64,000 nt of DNA from Octopus vulgaris. Its lineage: Eukaryota. The position numbers and the translations under genes were made by a program. The stretch lies in NCBI GenBank assembly GCA_951406725.2, contig OX597825.1, positions 33,976,001 through 34,040,000 of the forward strand. Direction: 5' to 3'. Under the pieces are notes generated by a model. That model was not told where the DNA came from. It was given only the letters and a program-made list of their open reading frames with translations, and did not search any database. Below are positions 51,721 to 64,000 of this stretch, piece after piece. Positions within the stretch are counted from its first letter, which is position 1, and every line of letters begins with the position of its first letter.

Positions 51721-52429
51721 ATATTTATATATTTATATATATATATTTATATATATAGATATATATATTCCTACCCATGCATGCTTGGAAGATGGGCAAC
51801 AATGATGATAATACACACACATATATATATGTATGTGTGTGTGTATGTGTGTAGTCAGTGAATCACATATCCTAAAAAAAGCACACTCTAAAAGTTAGAG
51901 CAGTAAGGTATTTACATGAAATTAAATATATGTTCGGTCATAGAGTAACCAGTGGTTTTGTATCCATAAAGTGTTTAGCTCTAAAGACAACACGTTGGAC
52001 TCCAATGGTCATGGGTATATTACCTCTCTTCAAGCTAGAGGTAGAAAACCGTTACAGTCAGTGAATTTGCAAACAGAACAGTAATATATACTATCTGAAC
52101 CTTAAAGGAGATAGGTTATCACCCTTAGATCGGTCAGGTTGGCAAATCTTACAGACCTAAAGTACAAACGGGGACTCTCCACCCTTAAGTTAGTTCTGGT
52201 CTGCAAATACTTTTTACAGCACTAATCAACGAACTAGGAATCCCACACCTGTGCCAGGTACTGTTTGAAATGGGGGCAGGGGCAATATATCTCATGTCTT
52301 GTGTTTAAGAGAGACTGCAATCCAGCGAATCTTTAAGGATCCTTGCTTGCTCTGCTATGCAAAGCTTGGATCATCCACTCTTTATACAGGTTTCTGGCTG
52401 CTCTATGATCTTCCATTTACCTTCATCAT

Positions 52430-52560
52430 TCAGGCATCACACATGGCTGGCCAAGGATGTAATGTAACGTTTTTCAGGAATCCTACAAGATAAACTGTGG
52501 TTGTACAGGCGCTGCTTAAAGGCAGTTTCGGTCAACCCGATATAGCTCCAAAATTGAGTA
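52430..52560 (-). mobile_element. Penelope-like GIY-YIG fragment
   Basis: SYIGLTETAFKQRLYNH...TSLASHV. Confidence 0.75.
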
Positions 52561-53999
52561 CTTGTTGTGTTCTCGCCTCTGGTGTATCTTCCATTAACTT
52601 TGGGCATGTAGTCGTTGTTGTTGTTACTGCTACTCTTGCCCAGAATTAACAGTGATGGCAGCCATAATACTATTAGCAACATCATGAACACTCAGCTATA
52701 GATTACTATGGGAACATCCAAAGACAGATGAGTCTAACAAAAATGTTTCCAGTGAAATTACTCTTTTGGCCCTTAAGGTTGATTGTACATGTTTTCACTT
52801 TGAAAGGTTCCATATGGTCCTTTCGCATTGACGCTTCTGTTCTATTTTATTGGCCGCTGGACTTCTTATTCATGACCACACTGTACTAGCCATTACTCTT
52901 CCCTAGTCCCTATGAATAGATACGTTTGTTATAGCCAATCTGTGACCTTCTTATTCGTTGTTGTGGATAGCTACCACAGACCCATTCAGCTTTCCTCGGG
53001 TGACGTGTACTATGGAAAGTCACATATCTGCCAGGTATTTCTCCATTTCAACTGGAGATGAATATTGTGGCTTCCTTTCAGTGTGATTGATGTGCTAATA
53101 AATTATACTTCTTTAGGGAGGAAAGTCGCTAATGAAGACGTCAACACTCTAATTACTGGACTGAGTCATTAATCTAATGGCTGCGAAATGCCTCTGGTGC
53201 AATAAATGACAACAATACTCGTGTCCGTACGTGAGCAACTTCGTGTCCAAGGTTTTATTCAGATGTGTAACAAACAAACTCATGCTGTTAGAACACAATG
53301 TTCAATAAAGTTATCTGGGATTGAAGTAGAAGGTTCTGAACATTTTGCCATGTTCCACGACGTCAGTGAGAAAATAGAGGGAATTTAAACTACTGCTTGA
53401 CAACTATTGGTGTGTTTACATCCCCCATATCGTAGTGGTTTAGCAAAAAGAGACCAATAAATATATCTATATCTAATAAGTGTGTATATATATATATAGT
53501 CTTATTCACACATTCCATCTTACAAGATTACTCACAAGGCATTGATTGTCTCAGGGTTATAGCAGAAGTCACTTGCTCAAGATGCTGCACATTCAGATTG
53601 AAGCTGAAGCTACCCAGCCATACCTGCACCTATGGCTACACTGATGTGTGCTTTGTCTGTGTCTATGCATGTGTGTGTGTGTGTGTGTGTGTTTGTGTGT
53701 GTGTGTTGGGGGTTTCCTTTGAGTTTTAATTAAGTTCTTCTTTAGAGGGTTCAAGTTGTTTGCCAACAAAGTGACAAGGCTTTTTGAGTTAAGAGAGCTC
53801 CCAGTGTTTGTAAATATGTGGTTGAATTAGTGTGTTGGTTGAACTGTAGCTACATACACCCAAGTGTGTGCATCTATTCACATTAGAATCTCAGACACAG
53901 AATTTTTGAAATGTCTTACAAATCTTCTCTGTGCCACTAATGGATTGAATTTGGAGAACCCACTTTTTTCTGTGAAACTGTGTTATTTCTAGGTTTATA

Positions 54000-55450
54000 T
54001 GCAAAATTGTTGGTACATATCCTATTGCACCTGTGAAGATAGGTACAAATGAGAATACAGTCAGGGTACAAGAGCTGTAAGTTTCACATTTGCACTGAAA
54101 TTATGATTTTATCGAAGTGTTCCACTAGTATTTCTTGCTCTTGAGGGTGTTATAGCATGCCTTTAATATATACGTCAGAGCAGTCTTTCCTTTGGATAGC
54201 ATTGTAAATAGCCTTTGTAACTATATCATGCCTCAGGGACAGGTAGTATCTCATAGACATTTTGGAGCAGCTGCTAATGATGTGGCTGATATCCTTCACA
54301 CTGGTATAACAATACTACCCATTTTTTTAACACGTTATGGAAGTTTTGTAGTATCTTTGTCTCTCTTGTTTAGCAGGTATTTAATAGATATCTCATCTTT
54401 CTGAATAGCGAAGGTATATCTTTCTAGCTGGGATGTAATGTATCTATCGGGATCCCAGGAGAGACTGCTCTTCCTGTCAATACTATTGTTACTCTCTATC
54501 TTATGGGATATGTACCCCATGCATTGCTTTTTGCTGGTATTATGATGCCTGCTTCTCCTTTTCAAGCTTCTGCTTAAGATGGCCAGTCCAGTCTCCATTG
54601 AGTTGCATAATATGGGTGTATTCTCAAAGTACCCACACAGTAGTTCTCCAACTCTGACGATGTTGTTGCTCTCTCTTTTGAGTATGCATAGAATGTACTC
54701 ATCTCTTCCTTTACTGTTCAGCAGGTGTTGTCTGAGTGATACAATGCAAATTCCAAAGGTTGTTTGGACTGACCCTATGCCTCTACCATCACCATTCCAC
54801 CTCACATATATCCTATTGGTGTTGTTGTTAATGTGGAAGTTGCCAGTGGTGGTCAGTACCTTTCTGGTTTTGATGTCCAAACTGCATATCTCATCAAATG
54901 TCCAATCCAATATCCCAAATGTTGGTATTAGCAATGGTACTGCAAAAGTATTGTGAAATATGGTCTTGTTAAATGCAGACAGCCCTGACTTCCATATTTT
55001 CCAGAGTCTACAGAAGTACTTTGTTGTTTTCTTGGCTTTAGTCACAACACCAACATATGCAACATTCTCATCGATTCTGAGGTACTTGTAGCTTTCATCA
55101 ATAGAAATTGTGGAGATGACAAGCTGTTGACATTCATATTCTCTGTCTGATCAACAATTTTTCCTCGATTGACTATCACATATAAGCATTTATCTTGCTT
55201 CAACTCCATTCCTTTTTCTCGTGTAGTTCTAACTATCTCTTGATGCTGATCATATTACACTTTAGGTCATCAAGAAAAATGTGTGGATGACATATTCTTT
55301 CCTGCATATCCCAGCATGTAGCCTTCGCATTTTGTTAACAGGGCTGACCAGGGATTCACTGCTAATACAAACAGTATTACAGATAAAAAGATTATCACAG
55401 TAGAATATATCTGTTGATAGCTTAACTCTGTTTGTGCCAACAGGTGTTAC
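54000..55450 (-). mobile_element. R4/Dong-like element (cassette 3 copy)
   Basis: Near-identical to 21740-23230; includes HIFLDDLKV RT motif region. Confidence 0.8.
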
Positions 55451-55641
55451 TTTAGTTGATTATGTTCTACATTAAAAGGAGATATCTTTATATCCTTATA
55501 TTTATGTACCTGTTTCATTACCTGGATTGAAAGTTGTGTGAGAAAGTAGCCAAAGGGCTCGATACCGCTATGTTATCATCCAAATTGGAAACAGGAACTT
55601 TTGAGTAACATGATGATGCTGCAAAATCACACACATGCACA

Positions 55642-55672
<31 letters not shown>

Positions 55673-55780
55673 GCGCATGCACACACATGCACGCACACAC
55701 ACACACACACACACGCATGCACACACACACACACACACACACACACGGATTAAAAATGAAAATTCTATCTAAATACTTAC

Positions 55781-56037
55781 ACTTTCCAATCTCCAATCAG
55801 ATACAAATCCTTTAATGAAATTTTTTGCTGTTTCATTTAATTTTAATTCTTTTACTGGATCAATTTGTGGAGTGCAAAAATCAAAGCTTGGTTGAGATCC
55901 CCTTCTACATTTATTTGCACAAGACATTTTATTTGAGAAAACACGTGTTTCATCATTGATTAATTGAACATTGAAATAATTTGAGGTTCCAGACCAAAAT
56001 TTCCTTGAAATATAAAATGTGATTCTCCAGCAGGAAT
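55781..56037 (-). CDS. Cassette 3 exon B: N-terminal part of PLAT/LH2-like domain
   Basis: tttcAG / GTAAGT, 257 nt, phase 1-0. (D)[27 protein letters not shown]...[11 protein letters not shown]...DWRLES resembles PLAT motifs AGT-x-N-V-x-I, FERGS-x-D-x-F and GW-x-LES. Confidence 0.8.
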
Positions 56038-57999
56038 CTGAAACAAAACAGCATAAGATAATGTTTATTACACAGACTGACTGTTTGCAACAATACTGTT
56101 TGTATACATTTTATCTTTTATTTTTTTCAGTCATTGAACTGCAGCCATGCTGGGGTACTTCACACAAACCTAGCTCTTCAGGTTTAGGCGACCGAATGGA
56201 GAGAGGGAGGAAATTCAGCATGGCTACTGGAGATTGGGCTGCTATTGGTCAAGGTGGGTCACATAGTGACGTTGATTAGGATTGAACAATCCTTATGTGT
56301 TTGTGGCATATGGATGGTTATTATGAGTGAGAATCTTAAACGAAACCAAATGCTGGTGCATGTGGAGGAGGGAGTAAGCTTGATGTGTGAATGCATGAAT
56401 GTGCACATGTGGTGTGCATGTGTGAGTGTATGTGTATGCACACACATATGCGGTTGAGTTCATTGGTGAATGTGTACAAGTTAGCTTGTGCATGTGTGTG
56501 TGTATGTTTACTTGGGTGCACGAACGTGTGGCTATGGGTAGGTAGGAGCTATGTATGTGTGTTTGTGCACACACATGTGTGTGGGGGTGGGTATACATGT
56601 GCATAAATATATGCTCTATGTATGCATGCATGTATGTTTGTATGCATGCATGTATGAATGTGTGTGTGTGCATATAAATATGCCTGCTCTACATGAATAT
56701 GTACATCATTGTATTTGTATGTGTATGTATATGTGCGTGTGTATATTTACACTTATACAAATATACATGCATATATTTAAATCAAAATAAGCAACAAGGA
56801 TATGCTTATTTTGATTCTAATCACCTTATTTTGAAATTTTATGGATAATACCGTACCAAATTTCTGGTGCCTCAACTCACGTACCATGTTCATCTAAATC
56901 TAAATTTTTACATCTATTTAAATATGTATACATATGTACACATACTTATGCACACATATACGTGTGTAACTGGTTGAATGTGGATTCATTCTTTAATTGG
57001 AATGGTTTCCAAAAGGATTTCTAACATTGATTCTTCATACTTTGCTGAGAGTTTACTGGTGTAAATTGGCAAAGATATGAACAATAGTATTAGAATATCA
57101 AGTGTATGATTAATTTATGGAATGAAGTTCTACAAATCTAATCATATTTGTCGAAAATAGAGGAGATAAGATGTTAAAAAGGTTTAAGAAGTTTATTCAT
57201 GCATACAATTGTTTCGTACATAGATGTAAATTCATATTTGAATTTGGAAATTATCATAGTACTCATCAGCATAGAGAAAAAAAGAGCAGAGAAGTTGGAT
57301 CTATGAGTTTCATGTTTAACTGTTCCTATCTATGTGTGATAGTGATGAGAGTCATGTCAATTATTAAACCACAACTAACGGATGAACGGTTAAGAGATGA
57401 TATAAATATAGAGATATCAATAACACTCTATAGATTAGTAAAGATTTGCTAATTAACTCTCCAAGTATGTGCACAGAGTGAGTAAGTTAGAGAAATGTCC
57501 AATGAGGAAATGTTACCTAAAGTAAATTAAATCTGACCGTTAAAAACAATACTTGGTTTGTTTTTTTTAAATCATAAACAGATGAAGAAAGTTTAGTGCA
57601 AAGAAATTATGTTTGTAAAGCTTATAATAGAAAGTTAATGAAGTCATTTATGAAAATATAGGGGGAGGTGGAGGAATTGAAAAAATGAAGTGAAAGTGGA
57701 TTAAGGACTCTTGTTTACTCAAGATTCATATTATGGTAACATGGAGGTATAACAAAGGAGAAAGTGAGAAAAAGTGGTAATTCAAATGGAAATATGATGA
57801 TTAAGGTTGTATTATACTTACAAAGTCTATTGTTAGGAATAGAGATAAGAGAACATTTAGGAGATGTAGTAAGAAGAGAAGTATAGAAGCGATAAGCTAA
57901 TGAATTAGAGAGGGTGAAAAGGAAACGAGATTTTACTAGAGTAGGGGAGATAAATAAGAAGAAAAAATAATAATGATCAAGTATGAGATGTAATGAGTG

Positions 58000-58250
58000 G
58001 AGGCATGTGGCTTAGTGGTTAGGGTGTCAGCACCATGATCGTAAGATTGTGTTTTCGATTCCTGGACCGGGCGACGTGTTGTGTTCTTGAGCAAAACACT
58101 TCATTTCACATTGCTCCAGTCCAATCAGCTGGCAAAAATGAGTAATGCTGCGATGGACTGGCGTCCCGTCCAACTGGGGAACACATACGCCATAGAAACC
58201 GGGCCCATGAGCCTGGCTAAGCTTTAAAAGGGCGCATTTATTTATTATTT
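58000..58250 (+). mobile_element. Full-length tRNA-derived SINE
   Basis: A box tggcttagtgg, B box gttttcgattcc, (TTA)-type tail. Confidence 0.8.
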
Positions 58251-58996
58251 TATGTAATGAGACAAGTGAATGTTAAAAATAAAAGAGAGATTAATGATAA
58301 AAGTATTGAATGTGTAGGATAATGCTATACAAAAGGAATATTTTGTATATATAAAAAGTTATGTCAAGAGTATTATGTGAGAAGGATAGGGTATGGCTAT
58401 ATTTTATCATAATGAATGTTATATACATGTTATATAGGTTCAATGCATGTAAATATATTAAAAATAATTATTATTATGATCTACAAGTAGAAGATACTTG
58501 TAGGGGTACGTATAAAGTTACAAAATTATAGGATAAATGCTTATCATATATGGAGTAGAGTGAATGTATATGCAATCACATATGTATATAGAGATATATA
58601 TGCACATATAAGCATATAGATACACAAATATATACATATACATACACACTATATACACATGAATAATTAGGGAACTGGCAGAATTGTTTGAGGATTGGAT
58701 AGGCTGCCTTGATGTATCTGTTCTAGCACTGTGCATTTTGAACCCAAATTCTACTTCATCAGGAAAAAATAGTGACACATCTGTCAGGATTTGTAGCCAA
58801 TAGATAGTAACTGCTATTTTGGGAAAACAATGGAAATGTAAGGAAATGTAATTTCCTGAATTTGATATCTCTATACGTTTATTAATATTTTGCTAAAACT
58901 GAAGCAGATGATGGTACAATATTAAAAAAATAAACAATATCCAATTTGGTAGCACACTGCAAATATGCTTAAAACAAATATTATTTTAATACATAC

Positions 58997-59068
58997 CTTT
59001 TGGCATTGGGTTGTTCTGTATTTGTAGATCTTTTGCACTCTTGTAATGTTTATTCTGATCCACGGAGC
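58997..59068 (-). CDS. PLAT-like gene, 72-nt linker exon ((S)SVDQNKHYKSAKDLQIQNNPMPK)
   Basis: attctttAG|...aaag|GTATGT; symmetric phase 1-1, open, joins the signal exon and exon B in frame. Confidence 0.7.
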
Positions 59069-59399
59069 CTAAAGAATTATTGATAATTAGTGTCAGAAAT
59101 TGGAGAAAAAAACTTCATTTGATGAAAAATTGATACTATTCAAAAGACTGTCAAGGTCAACTTTGCCATTCATCCTTTCAGGGTCAACAAAATAAGCACC
59201 AGTTGAATATTGGGTTCAATGAAATGGACATATACTCTCCACTAAAATTGCTGGCCTTGTGCCAATATTAGAAATCAAAATTAAAAATCAATATTATTTC
59301 AAAGTTTTTCTGAATATTAGTTGTATCTTTCATGTCAATGGTTGTTATTAACTGTAGTGTTATCCTATTGATCTAGATATTTTTAACAGAAATTTTATC

Positions 59400-59810
59400 C
59401 TTTGGCTCCCATGCCGGTGGCATGTAAAAAGCACCATTTGAGCATGATCTTTGCCAGCAATGCCTTACTGGCACATGTGCTGGTGGCACGTGAAAAACAA
59501 CATTCGATCATGGTTGTTGCCAGTGCCGCTGGACTGGCTCCCATGCAGGTGGCATGTAAAAAACACCTTTCAGCATGGTCATTGCCAGTACCACCTGACT
59601 GGCCCTCATGCTGATGGCATGTAAAAAGCACCCACTACACTCTTGGAGCGGTTGGCATTAGGAAGGGCATCCAGCTGTAGAAACTTTGCCAGGTCAGATT
59701 GGAGCCTGGTGCAGCCGTCTAGCTTGCCAGTCCTCAGTCAAACCATCCAACCTGTGCCAACATGGAAATCAGACGTTAAATGACGACGACAATGATGATG
59801 ATGATGATGA
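59400..59810 (+). mobile_element. RTE 3'UTR fragment
   Basis: Internal ~55-bp repeats, ggaagggcatccagctgtagaaac, (GAT)n tail. Confidence 0.8.
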
Positions 59811-60735
59811 TATTACTTGTTCCAGTTTTTAAACTGTAGCCATGCTGGGGCACATCTTTGAAGAATTTTGGTCAAAGGAATGAAGTCCAGTATTTAGTTT
59901 TTCTTATTCAGCCTATTGCTCATTCTGTTAGTTCCTTTTGCTGAATTGGTAAGTTATAGGGGCATAAACAAACTAACATGTGTTATCAAGTGGTGGTGGA
60001 GACAAATACAGACACACACATATATGTATGCTATACACAGCCTCTCGCACTCTCACACATATACACACGTCCACACACACACACATATACATAAATACAC
60101 ATACACACACAGGTGCACATTATTTTAAACTCACACAAGCATACATTCACATTTTTCTTAACTCTCTCTCTCTCTCTCTGCCCAAGTAAACCATGTACCT
60201 CCTCTACAGCGAGGCATCTGTTTCTGTTTTTCTGTCTCCATGTCACTCTAACCTTTTATCATCTAACAGAAGCTCACCTCCTCCAATGTCCCCTTCCCTC
60301 ACGAAGATTTCTTGTCTTACAAGTTACTTGGTGACCCTGCCACTTAAAAAGTACCCAGAGCATCCAGCTGTAAAAACCATGCCTAAACTGACCTCATCTG
60401 TGCTGGTGCAACATAAAAAGTGCTCAGCCCACTCTATGAGGTGGTAGCCGTTAGAAAGGGCATCCAACCAAACAAACCATGCCAAAACAGACACAGACGT
60501 TTAGTGGAGTCACCTACCTGGTGAGCTTCTGTCAAACTGCCCAGCCCACGCCAAGATGGAAGGTAGATGTTAAATGACAGCAATGATGATATATATATAT
60601 ATTAATATACACACACACAGAATTATGATAATGCAACTGAAATGTAATATTGTGGCATTATATAAAAATGAAATGATGAGATGAAAATTATTATTTTAAG
60701 AATTCATGAAAGAAGTTATGAGTTAGAATACTTAC

Positions 60736-60781
60736 TGTAAGCTATTTGCAGGAGAGAAAGCAAAATGAAAATGCGATTCAT
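60736..60781 (-). CDS. PLAT-like gene, first coding exon (signal peptide MNRIFILLSLLQIAY)
   Basis: Minus strand reads ttttatttactttcAG|att ATG...tac a|GTAAGT: strong acceptor 3 nt before ATG, consensus phase-1 donor, hydrophobic core typical of a signal peptide. Confidence 0.75.
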
Positions 60782-61059
60782 AATCTGAAAGTAAATAAAA
60801 TATTTGAATGACTTTTTGCAAATAGAGAAAATATATCACACTTTATTGAAAGTCAGAACAATTACTCAGAATTTCCCATTACAAATATTATCTCAAGAAG
60901 AAATTAAATTCTTTGAAAATGGGTTAAAATTTACACCCACTCCAAAAACGCTACAAAGATGAACATGAATTAAAGATTGTCTACACCTACATATGTTTCC
61001 TTTCCTTATACGTTATATATGTGTGTGTGTGTTAGCCTCCTGCTAACTTATGTACAGAC

Positions 61060-62330
61060 CTGAATAATAATTGTCCCCCCTCCACAATACAACACGGACG
61101 TAGATACACCTAATTATTTATGCGGCTGTAGGGATAGAACAAAGTGTCATTCCTCAAATAGATGTAAGAGAAATAACGTAGTTTACCAGTGTGACGTCCG
61201 CACAAACAACCAGACGAAATCATACATAGGTGCAACTAAGAACCAAATGATTCTCAGATATAATGCGCACCTATCGAGCTTCAGAAATAGGAATAAGGCT
61301 AACTTAACAGGACTAAGTACGTACATTTGGGAACTTAAGGATAAAAAAATAGATTTTAGCTTAAACTGACGTATAGTCACAAAAGCAACCTCCTACAACA
61401 CCGCAAATAGACGCTGTGATTCTCTGCCTATCAGAACGCCAAGCTATACATACGGCTATGCAAACCCTTCTCAACAGAAAATTTGAGAACATTTTTTTGT
61501 CTTCACGTGCGCCTTTATTTATTTTTGAAATATCGGTAGAATAGCCCCTCTTGTCTTCATGCAGGCCTCCAAACACTTACACACGAATAGTCACCCTACA
61601 AACCCACTCACCCACAGCATTCCATAAGAATACACTTTGCAAATACATAGGGCCCCTCCTAGCACTAAGAACTTCCTAAGCTCTAGCAATAAGACAATTA
61701 TTAGCCGTAACACATTTTCAAACCATCCAAAATTTGGTATGAGTTACCTCCCTTGGCAACCTGTTAGAGTTACCTCCCTTCAGATACACCACTGGTGTTA
61801 ACTAATCGTAAAATACAAAATTGAATACACACATTCGAAAATAATGTTCGAAACCCGCACCTAAATAATACTCACCCCGCCCTAATTACCTAACGAAACT
61901 AACCAATCTACCACAAGCAAACCTCTAACCAACGAATTTACCAACACAAGAACAAAATTTAATGTAAGAATTACTACTTTTGTTTACATTACCATCACAT
62001 ATGTATAAATTATTTCCGCATCCTAACCGATGCATCTATCTATATTCGCATTCTGAAGAGATTCACTTAAATCAGTAAATTGAAACGATCGTAAATGCTA
62101 CTTTCATCTCTGCTTCTTCCTTCTTTGTTATCTAATTATCTTATCAGCGAAAACCACGAGTTTCCCAATGTTATTATATCTATTTTCTTCTCCTATATAA
62201 CCTAAACTACGGTTTACCAACCGAACCACCTGCTACCGTACAACCTTACAAAAGACGGTACCTACCCAGGTAATAACTAGGAGCGACTCTGGATTTAATT
62301 ATCCCTTAGAGGTATTAAACCCCTCTAACA
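61060..62330 (+). mobile_element. Penelope-like element 3' part
   Basis: YQCDVRTNNQTKSYIGATKN...RYNAH GIY-YIG; hammerhead motif downstream. Confidence 0.8.
62048..62098 (+). ncRNA. Minimal type I hammerhead ribozyme motif
   Basis: gcauu CUGAAGA gauucacu...aguaaauu GAAAC gauc GUA aaugc. Confidence 0.7.
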
Positions 62331-62438
62331 GATACCTACACAATACACACGCACACACACATACATTTATATTGGATTTGTACCAACTTCAATTTGAATT
62401 AAAGATTGTCTACACTGACATATTTTTCCTTTCCTTAA

Positions 62439-62489
<51 letters not shown>

Positions 62490-62490
62490 G

Positions 62491-62526
<36 letters not shown>

Positions 62527-62626
62527 TGTATGTATATATATGTATGTATGTATTATATATGTACGTATGTATTTTATAAACATATATATATATAATATAT
62601 GTGTGTGTGTATTATATATATATATA

Positions 62627-63415
62627 CTAGCATTATGACCCATCTCTGCCGGGTCATAGTGCTAGTGCATGTATATATGTGTATATATATGTGTACATAT
62701 TACATGTACATCTATATATATACATCTACACATAGAATACAAAATACAAAGTTATATCTTGATATCTCCAGTGATAACAATACTGAAAATATATAACAGA
62801 CTGGAATTGTAGGACTATTACATTTCTGCACGCTTCTTTTATTTTTTATTTATTCCCATTCATGTGAAACCACTTATTCAAGTTCAAATCCTTGATGCAA
62901 TTTTATACCAATTGCTATTTTTACTTTTGTTATGTTACGATTATATTATACTTTAGTTTGATTTTAATTATTACTTACTACATATAATTCAATTGTTATT
63001 ATTATTTTTATTGTTAAAGTGAAAGTATCTGACATAAAATAGAGAAATGTTTTTGTTTCACTTTTAACACGTAATACTGAAATAGTGGAGAAGATATGAT
63101 ATTGCTATGGGCTCGCCCTAGGCAAGAAGTTGAACATTTTTTGCCCATGATACTACATGGACCCTAAGTAAGGCATGTGTCAAATTTGAATGAAATTGGT
63201 TGTGTAGTTCTCGAGTTTTAGGGAATCATAGTGGAGAAGATATGATATTGCTGTGGGCTCGCCCTAGGCAAAAAGTTAAAGTTTTTTGCCGATGACACTC
63301 CCCGGACCCTAAGTAAGACATGTGTAGAATTTGAATGAAATTTGTTGTGTAGTTCTCAAGTTTTAGGGAAACACACAGACAGACAGACACACATTCTCAG
63401 TTTTATATATAGAGA
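62627..63415 (-). mobile_element. Non-autonomous Helitron with internal ~145-bp tandem duplication
   Basis: CTAG end plus atgaccc/gggtcat hairpin; 63080-63225~63228-63370. Confidence 0.7.
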
Positions 63416-63479
63416 TATATATATATACACCTATTACATGTATATATCTTTTATCTTTCATGGGTCTCAGCCAGAGGTT

Positions 63480-63870
63480 GAGGCCATGCTGGTGCACTGC
63501 GTTTACAGTGTTCTGGTATTTTTCCAGTATTGCTTCTGGTAAAGTAGTGAGTTGGACATTGCCCCTCTTCTTTGTGCCTCCTGTCGCAATCTGGGTTCAT
63601 CCAGTATTGCAGATAAAATGTTGTCTAGATTTTTTTTGAAGACGTCCATGTCTACACCTTGCAGATACCGTGGGAGGGCATTAAAAAGTTCTGGTCCCTA
63701 GAATCCCAAGATATCACAATATTGGGTTCATATCCTCGATGGAGAAGATGGCACATTTGGTACTGTGCATTGTCATCCAGTTCGGGTTATTGTTGGAGCC
63801 AAACCCTCCATATTTTGGTTGTTCCTTCTCGAGCCATGCCTGGCTCATAAGGGCCGGTTTCTTGGCGTAT
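63480..63870 (-). mobile_element. CR1/L2-like LINE 3' fragment
   Basis: Minus strand GPELFNALP...VDMDVFKKNLDNILSAILDEP, similar to 7250-7370. Confidence 0.6.
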
Positions 63871-64000
63871 AGGTTCCCCACCTGGACGGGGCACCGGTCC
63901 GTCGCAGGTGAGCTGCAAGATGCAGGAAGAAAGAGTGAGAGAAAGTTGTGGCGAAAGAGTCAGCAGAAGTTTCGCCATTACCTTCTGTTTTGCTCATAAA

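Noticed and set aside
58000-58075. tRNA-like A/B boxes
   Set aside because: SINE head followed by SINE body and tail; no complete cloverleaf.
58997-64000. Lipase or lipoxygenase catalytic domain upstream of the PLAT exons
   Set aside because: No such exons seen; the signal-peptide exon joins the linker and PLAT exons directly in frame.

Overview
Eukaryotic, AT-rich, microsatellite- and transposon-dense genomic DNA. The SINE/RTE/Penelope repertoire looks like Octopus (inference from recalled repeat families, not a database hit). Most ORF-track entries are artefacts of (TA)n/(CA)n repeats or transposon fragments. A spliced host gene on the minus strand is not represented as such in the ORF track. 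It has one signal-peptide exon (60736-60781) and one 72-nt linker exon (58997-59068), followed by three tandem cassettes (about 42.6-56 kb, 28.8-38.9 kb and 15.2-24.1 kb). Each cassette has two exons encoding a Cys-rich PLAT/LH2-like domain plus a Thr-rich stalk exon. All PLAT exons keep frame, splice sites and phase, yet differ almost only at amino-acid-changing sites. I found leader exons only once, suggesting a constant-leader/variable-cassette or multi-domain system. The introns hold a young RTE LINE with an 8-fold amplified 3' end, Helitrons, R4/Dong, CRE-like, CR1-like, Gypsy, mariner and Penelope-like fragments, several carrying minimal hammerhead ribozyme motifs. Repeat boundaries are approximate.
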